A stretch of 64,000 nt of DNA from assembly GCF_009914755.1 (NCBI RefSeq), contig NC_060934.1; one strand, 5' to 3'. Positions within the stretch are counted from its first letter, which is position 1. Each line of letters begins with the position of its first letter. A program made the position numbers and the translations under genes. The notes under the pieces were generated by a model, which was not told the DNA's origin, searched no databases, and saw nothing but the letters and a program-made list of their open reading frames with translations. Source of the DNA: the human T2T-CHM13v2.0 reference genome, Homo sapiens. Shown here piece after piece: positions 28,576-44,997 of the stretch.

Positions 28576-29215
28576 TGAGGCAGGAGAATAGGGGCTGGAG
28601 GCAGGGAACCTAAGGCCGATTCACACTGACTTCCTAGAACTAAATCAAAAGGATAACCCCAACTTTCCACACCTATGTAACAAAAGGACCGGAGGCCACT
28701 CCCCTTGCAACCCCCACCTTTTCTGCATGGCAGGTGAAACTGAAAGGACCTCTGCTTGGTCCCCTCTTCCAACCAATCAGGCTGGTCACAGGCCAAGTCT
28801 TCATTTGCACAGGAGTATAACTTTGTAACTTCACTTCAGCCTGTAATTGGTTGCTTCCTGCAACCAATCAGATGTTGGCACAGGGTGTAACTTTGTAACT
28901 TCGCTTCAGCCTCTGATTGCTCCCCTCTTGCTGATTCAAATAACCAATCAGACCAATAGTGAGCCATTAGTTCATTTACACAAGGTGTACACCAAGTAAC
29001 CAAAGGGACACCTCTAGAGGGTATTTAAACCCAAGAAAATTCTGTAACCGGGCTCTTGAGCCCCTATGCCCAGCCCGCTCCCACCCTGTAGAGTGTACTT
29101 TTGTTTTCAATAAATTTCTGCTTTTGTTGCTTCATTCTTTCCTTGCTTTGTTTGTGCGTTTTGTCCAATTCTTTGTTCAAAATGCCAAGAACCTGGACAC
29201 CCTCCACTAGTAACA
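28576..29215 (+). mobile_element. ERV1 solo LTR, MER51(A)-type
   Basis: TG...CA ends, perfect 4-bp TSD cctg (28572-28575, 29216-29219), MER51-type start tgaggcaggagaatagggg, repeated CCAAT, AATAAA at 29109. Confidence 0.9.
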
Positions 29216-30322
29216 CCTGGACCCCACCTCAGCCCCCTCCACTCTCGCAAGCCCCATCTTCCCGGCAGTCAACTAAGAATCAGACTTTCCCAGCCCCTGT
29301 CAACCAGGCCGATGAGTAGAAGACCAAGAATCCTCTCCCTCCTGTCTTCCTCTTCCCTCTCTCACCAGTCCCTGCCACCAAGCCTTTAGGTGAAGCCACG
29401 GACCCTGGGGGGCGCCAGGAAAAGCAAGTACAGTCTCTCGAGCACTCCAGCCAATTACAGAGGTGCAATTACAGATGCTGCATGTGCAGCTGCCCTGAGG
29501 TTTACAGAATTAGCTTATCAATGACAAAACAGACGGCCATCTAAAACACACACTGGGAGAAAAGAGCTCTGAAAAGTGTGGCGCAGAACGTTCTTTGGAA
29601 TTCAAATAACAAGTACACAAAGAGAGGCAGCCAAGCTCCGCCCATGAGACAGGTAAACCATGGACTCACCACAGAACCTTGTGTGGTCAAATCTTTGGTC
29701 AGGATCTTCACTCATACACATAACAAATACTTCTCTGCAACCAAGTACTCGTGAGTAGGGTGACCATATTAATTGTCGACCACAGCAGTCATTGCTGAGT
29801 AAGGAGGAAGCCTCTGTTACTAATTACACCTGGACCAGGCTCGTCCCAAACCAAACAGGAAATGCACTCTCCCTGCATACAAGACACCCTCAGGGGGTTC
29901 TCCTGCCACTAACTGCTGACCCTGGATCCCTCTTGCTTGGGCGTGCAGGGGTGCTCCCAGCCAGCAATCAGCTCCTGCATAAACAGGAACCCAGCAAGCA
30001 ACAAAATACCTGGGCAAGGGCACTGAGTCCGCATCACTGTCAACTCCTGGTTACTGGTGACCTCCTGACCCGAATTCCTCATGTGCTAGTTCAATTCCTG
30101 ACCTTCAGCCTCACTCTCACTTCTACAACTCACATCCTCCTTATCCTCCTCCATCCCAGGCCACTGAAAACCCACCTTCTCTTCAGAACACTGCTTTGCT
30201 TTTAAGAATCCTACCTGTAGCAAAGAACGTCTCTGTGGTAGATTTAAAAATAAAAGAAAAAAATATATGAGATGAGAATCCTGCCTGCCCATAGACTTGA
30301 AGCCTCTGCTCACCTTGGCCAT

Positions 30323-30688
30323 GGCTATGGACTGAATATTTTTTCCTCCTCCACCATAAATTCATATTATTTAAGCCCTAATCCCAACGTGATGATATTT
30401 GGAAGTGGGGCTTAGGGGAAGTAATTAAGTCATAGAAGTGGAGCCCTCATGAATGGGATTAGTGCCCTTAGAAAAAGAGACACCAGGCAGATGATCTCCC
30501 TCTCCACCATGTGGGGATACAGCAAAAAGGTGGCCTTCTACAAAACACGAAGGGAGCCCTCACCAGACACCAAATCTGCCAGCATCTTTGATCTTGGAGT
30601 TCCCAACCTCCAGAACTGTGAGAAATAAATGCTGTTTAAGCCACCCCGTCTGTGGTATTTGTTACAGCAGCCCAAATGGATGAAGACA
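30323..30688 (+). mobile_element. MaLR solo LTR (MLT1A-like)
   Basis: 5-bp TSD gccat (30318-30322, 30689-30693); cctccagaactgtgagaaataaatg...gttacagcagccc. Confidence 0.85.
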
Positions 30689-32791
30689 GCCATACCTTTG
30701 AGCCCAGGGTCGCTCCTCCACTCTCCAATTAGATCCCAGAGCTCCAGTATGGACCCTCTACCCCCACCAGGTTCCTAACCTGTCTCTGTATTCTACCACT
30801 GCTTATCAAACTAGGCTACATTTCAGGTGGAGAAGGCCCAAGAGGATGATATAGGTGAAACATTCACCCCAATCCTGGGACAAACTCTCTCTCATTGAGT
30901 CCTATGAGAATGGAATAGTCTCGCCCATCAGGTGAGAGTGTAAACAATCACGTATGACATCACATCACAACACCACCTTGGGGGAGCAGACACTAACCTC
31001 TGTTCACACCTGTGTACAGGCACTGTGCCAGGTGCTTTTCCTGCCTGATAATAGTCACACTGCAGAGATGAGAAAACTTGAACTCACCAAGATAAAAGCA
31101 CTTACGACATGCCGCCTAGGTCTATCTAGCAAAAAGTTCATCGTCCTTCTAATGCGCCAGTGTCGGAACTAATAAATGACAACATACATCTGAAAAAAGC
31201 CTGAGGATAATGACAGTGTAAGACACAATGCAGGTACTCATGTATTTATTCTCATGTATTTATGCACAGAAATATATTCTCATATATTTATTTAGAAAGA
31301 ACTCCCATATTTATCCAATCGCGGGAAGTTGCTTAGCCCTAGAAGTCAAAATGTGGACAACAGACACAGTCGACAAAGATAGTTCTCATACATTTAAATA
31401 AATGCCTAGGCTTATTTTCATGGTATGAACAACTATTTTTCATGTTTAATGTTTTTAAGACTTTCCATTAGTATGAATAAGAATTTGTCTTACACAAACA
31501 TCCAAAAAAAGACAGTTTCTTTAGGATTACATATCTTAAACATTATTTTCTTTTCTGCTATAAAATCGTCACCACAACCCTAGCAACTAGGAAGTTTTGT
31601 TTCCTGTCCTTGTTTTTATTCTTTTGTGGTGGCAAGTGCCAGCATGTGGGGTAGGTAGGGTGAGGCAAGGTGGGTGACAGTAAAGGACACTGTGCTCAAT
31701 TCGAAGCTACGGGAGGAGAGAGCTCTAGTCCTAGATTTGCACCAAGGAGCTTTGAGCTCTCAGTAATTCAGCAACCCTGGGCTGTCATTTCATCTATAAA
31801 ATCAGAGGGTTAGGTGTTCTCCACAGCCTCCTCCTGCACTCAATCCTATGATAACTGCTGAAAACTCCAGCATGGGACAATTACCAGTGTGACACCCTTG
31901 AGAGAAATGGTGGGATGTATATTTAAAAAAGACTATCTAATGACTCACCCATGAGTAAAAAATAATTTACTTCCATTTTAAAATCCATATTAATCAACGT
32001 GACGTTAGTAGAGAGAGTGCCTAATGTCTGACAGCGCTTCTGAAGAGGATATAAATAGGCGGTTTTTGAAATTAGTCAGCCATGTGCTCACGTCCACCAA
32101 GAAGCACATGCAGGCAACATGCTCCAGGCTGTGCGTGCAAGCTGTTCTGTTTCCAGCACAAATGCAGAAAAGGGGAAAAAAGCAGTCCTGGTAGAGTCAG
32201 TCATCACATATTTCAGCTGTAAGTAGGAAACAGGAAGCTCACAAAGAATTGTAATTTAGAAGCATTTAAAACAAAACAAACAAACCTACTCCAGGCACAA
32301 ATACCAGATAGCTGCAAAGCCAACTGTGGTATTTGATGACAAATTGTTTAAAGTCACCAGTGGGTCAGAGTACAAACCACGCCCACGTGAAAGTCTCCCT
32401 GGACGCTACCAGGGTCTACCCATTCTCCCCTCTCTGTAAGCCAGCTTCACACAGGTAAGTGGGTCCCATAAACCCCCGGAGGCACCCACATCTGGCTCTT
32501 TGTGGGCAGCGCAAGTAGAGAAAAAGACAGTCAACCAACCGTCCTGAGAAACAGGAGGCTGACACTCAGAAAATCAACATCAAACATCCTCTCCCATGCC
32601 ACAGGGTGACTTCTCACCTCCACTCCTCCCCACCCATCACCCCACACACGCTGTCTCCCAAAAACACATCTGATCTTTATGAAATCTCAGCTTCAGAGCT
32701 CCCCAGGATGTTACTGTTACTGAAGGGGAGTGAAAAGGAGGAAGAAGAGAGAGAAGGAGGGCTCCAAACCCATCCCAAGTTGATTCCTTCA

Positions 32792-33123
<332 letters not shown>

Positions 33124-33573
33124 AAAGAGTAAGTGGTGACTTTTTAAAAGAATGGTCAAAGGAATTATTTTTAAAGCTGTAGGTTGGCATAGGACATTTA
33201 TCAAAAGAAAGAAACTATCAGTTCAAACTTACCTAGACATCTTATAAGAGTCCTGAACCATCTATAATCTGAAAGCTTTTTCAAATACTAGTAAGCCAGG
33301 CACAATTACCAATTATTCAAATAACATTTATTATAGCTAGTGATTTCCACTGACTATATCTGCAATAATTAGAGCTGGTAGGTTTTTAAAAATATAGATT
33401 TTAAGAGTATATGGAAAGTCCTTGAAAGGCAATGTTTCTGGGCTGTTAGGAATAAGGCATTCCTTTAACACGAAATAATGAATTTTAAACAGTAATAATA
33501 ATAACAAGGAAGAAATGAATGACTGAATGAATCAGAAGGCAGTACACCATAGGGTGAATAAGAGTACATTCTT

Positions 33574-33769
33574 GGGGGATGAGGGGCAAGGGGAGGGAAA
33601 GCATTAGGACAAATACCAAATGTATGCGGGGCTTAAAACCTAGATGACAGATTGATGGGTGCGCCAAACCACCGTGGCACATGTATACCTATGTAAGAAT
33701 CCTGCATGTACTGCACATGTAGCCCAGAACATAAAGCAAAATTTAAAAATTTTAAAAATTAAAAAAAAG
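33574..33769 (+). mobile_element. 5'-truncated primate L1 (L1PA7/8-like) 3' end
   Basis: gcattaggacaaatacc...ggggcttaaaacctagatgac...ggcacatgtatacctatgtaa, A-tail; TSD aa(g/a)ag(t/c)acattctt. Confidence 0.88.
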
Positions 33770-33804
33770 AAAAGCACATTCTTTGCAGTGAATATATCTC
33801 AGTC

Positions 33805-34120
33805 CTGGGTGATCCTGGGCAAGATATTCAATGTCTCTATGCCTCAACATCCTCCTCAGAAAATAAAACCAATTACAGTCCTAAATCACAGGGTTGTCAT
33901 GAGGATCCAAAAATGATGCATGTAAGAAGCATTTAACATGTTCAAAAGAAACACTTAACGTACTAATGGTCCTTATTCCAGGATGAGTTTTGGTTCCAAC
34001 TCTACAAATCATTAGCTGCGTGGTCTTGGGCAAGCAATTTAACACATCTAAGCGTTGGTTTATTCACCAAAAATGAAGAATCTTGATTAGATGACCTCTT
34101 CATTTCTATGGCTTCTCCAA
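33805..34120 (+). mobile_element. Two MIR fragments
   Basis: gtgatcctgggcaag...cagggttgtcatgaggat, and ttagctgcgtggtcttgggcaagcaatttaac. Confidence 0.55.
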
Positions 34121-34625
34121 GCTCAAGACCTCTCTGACAACAGAAGCAACATTTATGATTTCAAACTCTTCCACGTTTCTAGTTTTCACATCTTTCTTTT
34201 AGGACTTATTGGTCACAGCCATGATTTATATGAAATCAAGTGTTTGGTCAACAGCACGACTCCTCAGAATGAGACTGTGACTATGGGAATCCTAGAACCT
34301 ACTTTATAATGATCCTTTTAACAAATAGGTTTCAAACAACACATTGTGGCAAAAGACAGGCTTGCCCATGATAGTTAGAATCAATATATTTCCATTCTGG
34401 TAGCCTTCAAGTATGGAAGTTGTCCCAAAATCAAACTGCGGATGTAGTATGTCACCGTGCAGCCTGGTGCTGATGGAGCATATGTAAATTAAATTCATTC
34501 GCTACGATCATGCTTCTTTCAAAGGAACTCTCAATTTCTTCCTAACAGAAACAATTCAAGTATCTACCCTCTCCAAACACTCTTAACAATGAAGTTGAGA
34601 GGTGCCATTAAGAGATCCATTTCTC

Positions 34626-34936
<311 letters not shown>

Positions 34937-37341
34937 AAGATCCATTTCTTCTGTATGTTTGCAGAAGAAAACACAAAACTATTTCAGATGTATCATTCTC
35001 CTCTAGTTATCTTAAACTCATCAATGACTGATCTTTTATAAGAAAAGACTGAGCATGAATGTCTCCTTACAAGTCAGAAAATTTAAAATGACAATTGAAA
35101 AAGATACTCTCTATCATGGTCTGCACCATCACGGGGAATTCTACCTCCTAAACCTAGGTCATTCTCTCCTAACTTAGGTGAACAGGCACCCAAGTTACAT
35201 AAAAAAGAGAGTTAGCACATATGCACAGAATTTAATATTGCTGCAACTCAAGACTTAAATAACAAAATTAACCTGACAGGGTAACATCCACAGAAGACCG
35301 TGCAAACGGTAATTAACTTTAATAACAGGAGGCGCTCACAGTAACTGCAAGAGCCAAGCCAATCTTTGCTTTTTTCTGTTAATTCTGTAGATGCCCCTAA
35401 GCTGTATCAATGTTGTCAGTTTTCCCCGATACCCTGGTCAGTTTAAATCTCATCTCATGCTCACTGCCATCTCATTAAGAGAGAAGAATCAACAATCTCT
35501 AATGAAATAATTAATTCAAACAACAGTCATCGATGAATGCTAACGGCATTGGGAGAAAGATCGATGAGGAAATGAAAGGGTCAAGCTGCCACCCACCACA
35601 GGACCCCAACGCTCAGTTTTAGAATCACTACACGTGAGACAGTCAGACCTCTTCCTAAGCTGAGGCAACGTTAAGCCAGATGATACCAACAAATTAATCC
35701 TGCCAAAAACACTGCACATGAATCTGATCAAGCTTTCATGATAACTTCCAGTTTACAGAAATACAGGGACTAGCGGGATGAGTTTAAAAGAAACCCAGCA
35801 CCCAAATCCAGAATGTGGAACATTCTACGGAACAAGTGACCTGATTCCTTCAACAAGTCAATAGCATGGGGGGAAGGGGTGGGGGTAAAGGAACTGTTCT
35901 ATATGTATACAGCTTTAAAAGGCATAACCATCAAATGCATTGGACAGACTTTGTTCAAATCCTGGTCCTTAAGAAAAGCCATTTCTAAGTGAATAAGGGA
36001 TGAAATCAATGCTGGGGAGGTGGGAAGTTCAGCAGATCCCTGGGCTTCCCCGATCCCGTGCCATCTGATTTCCCAAACTGCATGCCCAGCCATCCCCGAG
36101 TTGAAAGGTCAGGGCCCAGCACAGAAACTAGGCTATGAATGGCTGGGCCACACCCAGCTCAGGACCAAGAAACCCTCAGGTAAGATGATTCAGCTTTGGC
36201 AAAGGAAGAGGCAGTTCCTGGGGCTACTAGTGCGGAAATGTACAGGTTCCTTTGCTGGAAATTTTTGCCAGCAGGTTCGTAGCAACTCTGAGACTTCATG
36301 GGAAAGCCATTCACATAAAAAAGCATAAAATCACAGGTCTGTCCAGAGTCAATTTATCACGTGAATCAAAACAAGGCACCTCTGAAGTGAAAGGGGAGAA
36401 AAAGAGACAACACCTAACAGGTGGCTTAGATTTTGCATCCTTAACAGTGTCTAATCCTGCATTTCTACCCAGGGGTTTTGTGGTTTGGCTTTGTTTTTCG
36501 TGTATCTTTTTAAAAATATATAATTGAGGCATAACTTGCATAAAGTGCATGCATTACATGTACAGCCCAATTTTTACTCCCTGCAATTTCAATTTTACTT
36601 GGATCAGTTTTGCAAGATAATATCTCCTCTCTTCAAGGCATGTGCCAGTCAGAAGCGATTCTGGAATGGAAAAAGAAACAGACTGGGGCCTGCTTCTAAC
36701 TCCTGCGCCCTGCACACTGGTAGCCTGGGCAGCTGACATGCACCGTCCAGCCAGGACACAGATTAAAGCTGAACAGAGTCCCTTGGCAACGGAAGATAAC
36801 AGCTTCTTCACTGCACCATTCCAGTACCTACCTCTGCCCCCAAATCCTACTTTCCCCCAGGCTTCCAGCTCAAGTCGTGAGGATTTCTAACTGGCCACTG
36901 CACTGCCTGGAATTGCCCAACAAATATGGAACAATGGTTGACCTCTTTCACTCATTTCAAAGGCCCACCATTCAGCGGGTTAATATTTTAAAAAATGGCA
37001 GACTTCCCTGGGGTCCTACCCAGATAAAGAGATCAACAAAGATTTGAACGAAGTCTTTTTAAATTAAAATTTAATATTATTAATTCTTAATTTTTATTCT
37101 TAAAACTAGGTATTCTAACATAAAAAGCTTTTTTGTTTGCTACTTTGAACTAGTAAACTAAAATTATAATTAAAAATCCTTAAAAGAGAAAAACATACTA
37201 AACGTGAAAAATAAGTTTAACGACACCATAATTCCATTTGAGAAAGTTTAGGAAGATGTGACACCAGTAAAAACTGTTCTACCAGCAACCAGGGGTAGAA
37301 CCCAGTGTAACACTAATTCTTATTCAAGAAAGTTTACTGCT

Positions 37342-37633
37342 GGCCGGGCGCAGTGGCACTTTGGGAGGCTGAGGTGGGCGGATCACTTGAGGCCAGGAAT
37401 TCGAGACCAGCCTGGCCAATATGGTGAAACCCCATGTCTAATAAAAATAAAAATTAACAAATAAACAAAAATTAGCCAGGCACAGTGGCGGGCACCTGTA
37501 ATCCCAGCTACTCAGGAGGCTGAGGCAGGAGAATCGCTTGAACCTGGGAAGTGGGGGTTGCAGTGAGCTGAGATCACACCACTGTACTCCAGCCAGGGGA
37601 CGAGACTGAGAATCTGTCTCAAAAAAAAAAAAA
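37342..37633 (+). mobile_element. Alu (S-like) with 19-nt left-arm deletion
   Basis: ggccgggcgcagtggc is joined directly to actttgggagg; remainder is a normal dimer. Confidence 0.93.
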
Positions 37634-38160
37634 AGAAAATTATTGCTTATCATGGCTAAAATTATGTAACCAGCTCTTACCAAGCTACTTGAGTGTGTAA
37701 GGTGTTTAAAATCTTTTCCAAAATTTCAGAATTCTTGGGATATACAAAGAACTCCTCTGCAATACAAAACTATGAAATCTTCCAATATAGACTATATGTG
37801 GCAGGAAAAAATACCGTTTAGATATAGAACTGTTCGAGAGTAAAATGTATTATACATAATACAATTAGATAAACATGTTGAAAAATGCATGATGCCTAAT
37901 TAAATTCCATTCATTAATAGGGTAACAGCCTTGGGGCACTCTGTACAAAAATGGCATTTCTGGTAAACACAACATTTAAAACAACTCAAACACACAGGCT
38001 CTGCCTGATGACATAATTATGTGTTTTTAATTTGGTGCCATTCTGACACTATGCCTAAGAATACTTCACAAATGGATCACTTTAAGACACTATCATCTCC
38101 ATACGGTAATGCCAAAATAAAAATTCAGTACAAATATTCCCCTTAAAACTACAATTTTCA

Positions 38161-38458
38161 GCCAGGCACGGTGGCTCACACCCGTACTTTGGGAGGCCAA
38201 CGCAAAAGGATTGCTTGAGGCCAGGAGTTCAAGACCAACCGGGCAACAGAACAAGACTTCATCTCTACAAAATATAAAATTTAAAAATTAGAGTGGTGAA
38301 GCGCTCTGCAGTCCTAGCTACTCAGGAAGCTGAGGTGGGAAGATCCCTTGAGCCCAGGAGTTCAAGGCTGCAGTGAGCTATGGTGGCACTGCTGCACTCC
38401 AGCCTCCATGACAGAGCAAGACCCTGCCAAAAAAAAAAGAAAAACAAAAAAAACAAAA
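38161..38458 (+). mobile_element. AluJ-like
   Basis: Divergent dimer with gcccaggagttcaaggctgcagtgagcta. Confidence 0.9.
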
Positions 38459-38889
38459 CTGGCAAATGCATTCTCCAACTGGAATCCCAATCTCTTTGTG
38501 AGGCTACGAAGACACAAGCCTCAAACACATGGTGAAGGGCGTGTGAAGAAGCAGTAAAGACACAGCTCCATGAGAAGAAGGCCCAAGTCTGATCCCAGCT
38601 CTTAAAACCCCGAGCAAGCTTTTAACCTCCCTTGTTGAAAAACACTGATCATGGCACCTCTCATGGAACTGCATTGGTTGGTGCCTCTACAACTGATTTC
38701 TAGAAATCACAGAAAATAATGGCCATAACTGTGCCTGGCATATAACAAATGCTCGGGAAATGCTGGCCACTGTTATTTTTATTCTCATCTTAAGGCACAT
38801 CTCAGTGGACCTTTTTCTCATCAGCACAGGGTATCTCTTATGATAGATGACAAACTCTAAGAAGGTTCCTTAAAAGCAGATGTCTTAGG

Positions 38890-39180
38890 CAACAATGGAT
38901 GGACTTCAGAAACACTATGCTACATGAACAAAACCAGACCCAAGAGAGAGGCCACACTGTGATTCTACCTGTACAAAGGCAAAACGCTACAGACAAGAGA
39001 AAAGATCACTGATTAACTAAGACTGGGGGTGGGAGGGGGAACTGACTGCAAAGTCTAAAAACTGGACCGGGGGGAGGCTGCCCACCCTTATAAAGTTACT
39101 AAAAATTACACAACTGTGTACATATAATGGGTGAATTGTATGGAATATAAATTATACCGCAATAAAGCTATGCTAACAAC
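38890..39180 (+). mobile_element. Old L1M 3' fragment
   Basis: aacaatggatggacttcagaaacactatgct...gggtgaattgtatggaatataaattataccgcaataaagct. Confidence 0.65.
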
Positions 39181-39276
39181 AAAACAGATGCATCTCCCAA
39201 GCATTTCTGCAGGTACTTTCGTATCAATCTCGCAATGAGAGTAAATGCAGATATGTACAGAGTCCAGCAAAAATGA

Positions 39277-39612
<336 letters not shown>

Positions 39613-39659
39613 TAAAATGGGAATAAAACAACACTAAGTCCAGAGGCTGATGTGAACAT

Positions 39660-40412
39660 CATAAAGCTCATCCTCCACCAGTCTCCCCATATCAATCAAT
39701 GGCACCATCTTTCACCCAAAGGCTGAGGCCAAAAGAGCAGGTGTCACCCACAATGCCTTTCTCTCTTGTATCAACTCCAATCCATCTCACCAGCGGCACC
39801 CCGGCTGGTCTCCCTGCTTCTATTCCTGGCCCTCTGCAGTCCCCGTGGCCCTCCACAACCACAGGGACACACTGACAAAATACAAGGTCCATCTCCTGCA
39901 CGCCCTGCTCAGAACTCTCCTGTGGCTTCCTCATGAGCCACGTCCTCACCGTGGCCTGCCAGACCTCCTTGGACCCCACTGCACAGCTCTCTTCCTGCCC
40001 TGGCCGCTGGCTCCTCCCACACAGGCCCTCTGGCCATTCCTTCCATAGCAAGCTCCTGCCAGCCACTGGGCTGATATTTGCACTTGTTTCTGCGAGGCTC
40101 ATCCCCTTGCCTCACTCAGATCTCAAATTCTCCTCCTCGGAGGAGCCTCATCCTAATAAAAACACAACCTGCTCTCCCCACCAGACTCCAGCCCCCTGAA
40201 CTGACTTAGTTGTCTTTACAGCACTGACCATGGGAATCACCTCATCCATGTATCTGTTTACCTTCTGTCATGCACTAGCATATAAACTCCATGCAGGCAG
40301 GGAGTCTGTCTGTCCCAGCCACCATGCTAGCCCGTGATCCCACTGATCCCCAGAGCCTGGAACGATGACTGGCATATGGCAGCATTCATTAAATAGTTGC
40401 TGAATGAATGAA
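39660..40412 (+). mobile_element. LINE-2 3' part
   Basis: atcaatggcacc, aaactccatgcaggcaggga, terminal ttgctgaatgaatgaa. Confidence 0.75.
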
Positions 40413-41597
40413 GAAATGTCATAAAGAACTTGACACCATGCCTGGCCACATATAAGATGATTAAAAACTGTTCATTGATGATAATAATAATATTACCAGT
40501 ATTATTACTGCATTTCACAGGTAAGAATATGCAAACCCCAAGAGGGCAACTGACTCACTCAGGTCAAACTCTACGTCTGATGTCTATGACTTCTATGACA
40601 CCTCCCATTCCATGGGCACAGAATAACAGAATTCACCCACCGCAGCAGGAACCTGAAAGATGATGTAGCTGATTCTCTTGCACACCCGACGCCCTGCCTC
40701 CTCTCACCTTCTAAGAGTCACCTATCCTAAGGGGTGGCCCACATGCTGTTCCAATTCCAGAGCATTCCCTAGAAGGACAAGCAGGCATAAAGAATGCAGG
40801 CTTCTATCTCACCCTAAGACAACTCTAAGAAGTAGGTGAGTGTGACTATTTCCATTTTATAGAAGACGACGCTGGGAAACAGAAATAATGACATGCTCAA
40901 AAGTCATATACTCATTCATGGCAAGCTTAGGCTTAAAAGTCTGAAAATCTTTCAAGTCTAGGCCTCTCTCTTTCCGATACACTACTTTACCCTGCACATC
41001 CACTAAAAAAAGAAAAAATGAAAAAGAACCCTGACCAGTTTTATGTGTTTCAAATAGAATCAAGTTACAAGGGAAAGAATATTATGAAGCCCCCTCTACA
41101 TACGCATATGCACAAATGGCATTCTCAACTTCCTCCAGGACATGGGAATTTTGATACATCTACATTAAACACTCACAAACCACCTGTGATTATTTATACT
41201 GCAAGATTTCATAAGACTGTACAATTTTTGTAAACTCATTAGCATTCACCAGATACCTTAAAACTTGGATAAAGCGTTGAGTTTTAACTTTCACAAAGTA
41301 TGCTCTGTCCCATATATTAATAATGGCACAGAAAAGCTTATACCACAGTAATGACAGCCCTCTTTCCTATACACTTTACTATGACACTTTAGGAACAATG
41401 CCAAAACTCTTGTCCAAGAATGGAATAAAACAGGCTATTTCTAATATGAAAACCCAGTTATCTTTAAAACTCTCCTGAAGGCATGAAGAGATACTGAGGA
41501 GCAGGTGGGGACAAGGGACAAAGCTCCCATCCTCCAAGTGTCCCTGTGTCCGCATCTTGACATCACTGCCGGCTGCATTACTAACACTCTGAGTTGA

Positions 41598-42655
<1,058 letters not shown>

Positions 42656-43451
42656 TGTAAAGAACATTTTTTGAAAGGCTGTGGGCACTGGCATAACAGC
42701 ATAAACACCCCTCATTTGCTAAATCTCAGGGACCACATGTCCCCACCATGCATGGGAGGTGCATATAACCCAGGCGACCTCACAGATGAGAATACTAGAG
42801 CTCAAGGGGTTACGGGACTTGCTGGAGGTCAAAGAGCTGGGGCCTGGATCCTCACCCTGAGAGGCCAGGCTCACAGCTCCACACCTTTCCCCTACAGCAC
42901 CTTGCTCCGTTCAGCAACTCCACTCCTCTGGCCCAGGCTGTGGCCAGGCAGGGCTGTCACCTGGAGATGTTCCAGCATAATTCAAGTCAGCACTGACAAC
43001 AGAAAGGAGAGAGAGAATGAGGAGGCACAACCCTCTAACCTCATGCACCTAAACCTGCCATGGTCGGAAGAGCCAGTCTGCAACCTGCATTTTTTCTACC
43101 TTGTTTCTACGGGAGACTTGACAACACATACATAACCTGAGGGTTGCTGGGGCTCAGTGTCCCCCCCCACTTCAAGACTTCTAAGTCTCCCGACTGCTAA
43201 GGACTTAAGCAGCCCCACCAGGAAGAGGCCTGCTGAGCAGCCCAGAGGGTCCCCTGCCCTCTCACAGCCTCTAAGGGGGTGCTGTTCTTACACCCCAGTC
43301 TCTCTGCCACAGCAGAAACCCCAAGACTTTGCTGTGTGGAGGAAACATTATTGTCTCCAACCCATGTGACTTACACACGCCCCCAACACCACTACAGACC
43401 ACAGGGCCTGTTTTAGGACTATTCACGTGTGCTTAACTCACATCCTTGGTA

Positions 43452-43586
43452 GGCTAGGCCTGGGGGCTCACGTCTATAATCCCAGCACTTTGGGAGGCCA
43501 AGGCTGGAGGATCACTTGAGCCCAGGAGTTCAAGATCAGCCGGGGCAACATAGTGAGACCCCATCTCTACAGTTTTTTAAAAAAAG
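43452..43586 (+). mobile_element. Free left Alu monomer (FLAM_C-like)
   Basis: Single arm flanked by a 22-nt direct repeat at 43430-43451 and 43590-43611. Confidence 0.85.
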
Positions 43587-43646
43587 ATATGCTTAACTCA
43601 CACCTTTGGTAAAACATCTCTGGTCAGGGAATATAAAAGAATGTAG

Positions 43647-43900
43647 AATCTGCGGCTGAATAATGATTTCTATTTCCATAGAACATACACACTCAACACA
43701 ACTCCCTCTTTGTGGGGAAGCCCTTCTTCTTTCTCAGTGCCAGCGTGTACCCTGCTGTGGGATCACTGCTATTCCTTGATCTACAAAAAAAAAAAAAAAA
43801 ACTCTTTTCCATCACATACATCTCATGAATCTCAGAACTCAATTTTACTCTTTAAATATTTTTAAAGCTGAAAGATTTATTTTCACTTAAAAACAAAAAG
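43647..43900 (+). repeat. Copy 1 of a ~260-bp dispersed direct duplication (copy 2 at 46384-46652)
   Basis: Identical 25-mer agaacatacacactcaacacaactc at 43680 and 46416, plus collinear blocks. Confidence 0.88.
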
Positions 43901-44580
43901 TCAGTCCCAAAGTCAAGAGTTCACCTGGTGTCAAAGCAACATTACCTCCTTTTTCTGCATCTCTCTCCCCGTTTTCCTTCCTACAGCTCATCTGAGTCCG
44001 AATAATGTTCTTAAATAAGTCTTCTCACTCTTTCCCCACAAATTCCTCTTATCTTTTCATTTGCAACAAAACCTCTGGTGGGCACAGCTGTAGTTGGGTG
44101 CCCTTTGCATGATACAAGTCCTCACTTCTGGAATCCAGGCCAGCTCAGGACACCACGTCCTACCACAACCGGCTTCCCAGGGCTACTGGCCATGAGGTTT
44201 ACCTTCAGCAAGGACACTGGGACAGAACCATACGGTTTCCCGATCCACCTTCAATCCCAAGCGACAAAGTGTCCGAACCCCACAGCCAAATTCCAGACAG
44301 AACTGAACAGTCCACCTCATCTGTTCAGCTAAGCCCCTACCAGCAGGCTCTGAACTGATGGGCGCTAGGCAAATCCCTATGCAGCTCCATGGCCCGCCGC
44401 ACCCACCCACCCTGACATTTCCACCATCAGAAACCCAACCCCCACCTTCAATGGCATTGACATCATTCTTTCTGAGATACCTTAATTCACCAAGCAGTGC
44501 TTTCCCTTCCCAGCTCTTAACTGTAATTAAACAATTTTTGTGTAATTTTGTATAATTCTTTTTTATGTATATGTATATGT

Positions 44581-44997
<417 letters not shown>

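Noticed and set aside
29402-29418. CTCF-like motif accctggggggcgcc
   Set aside because: It lacks the key AG core and has several mismatches.
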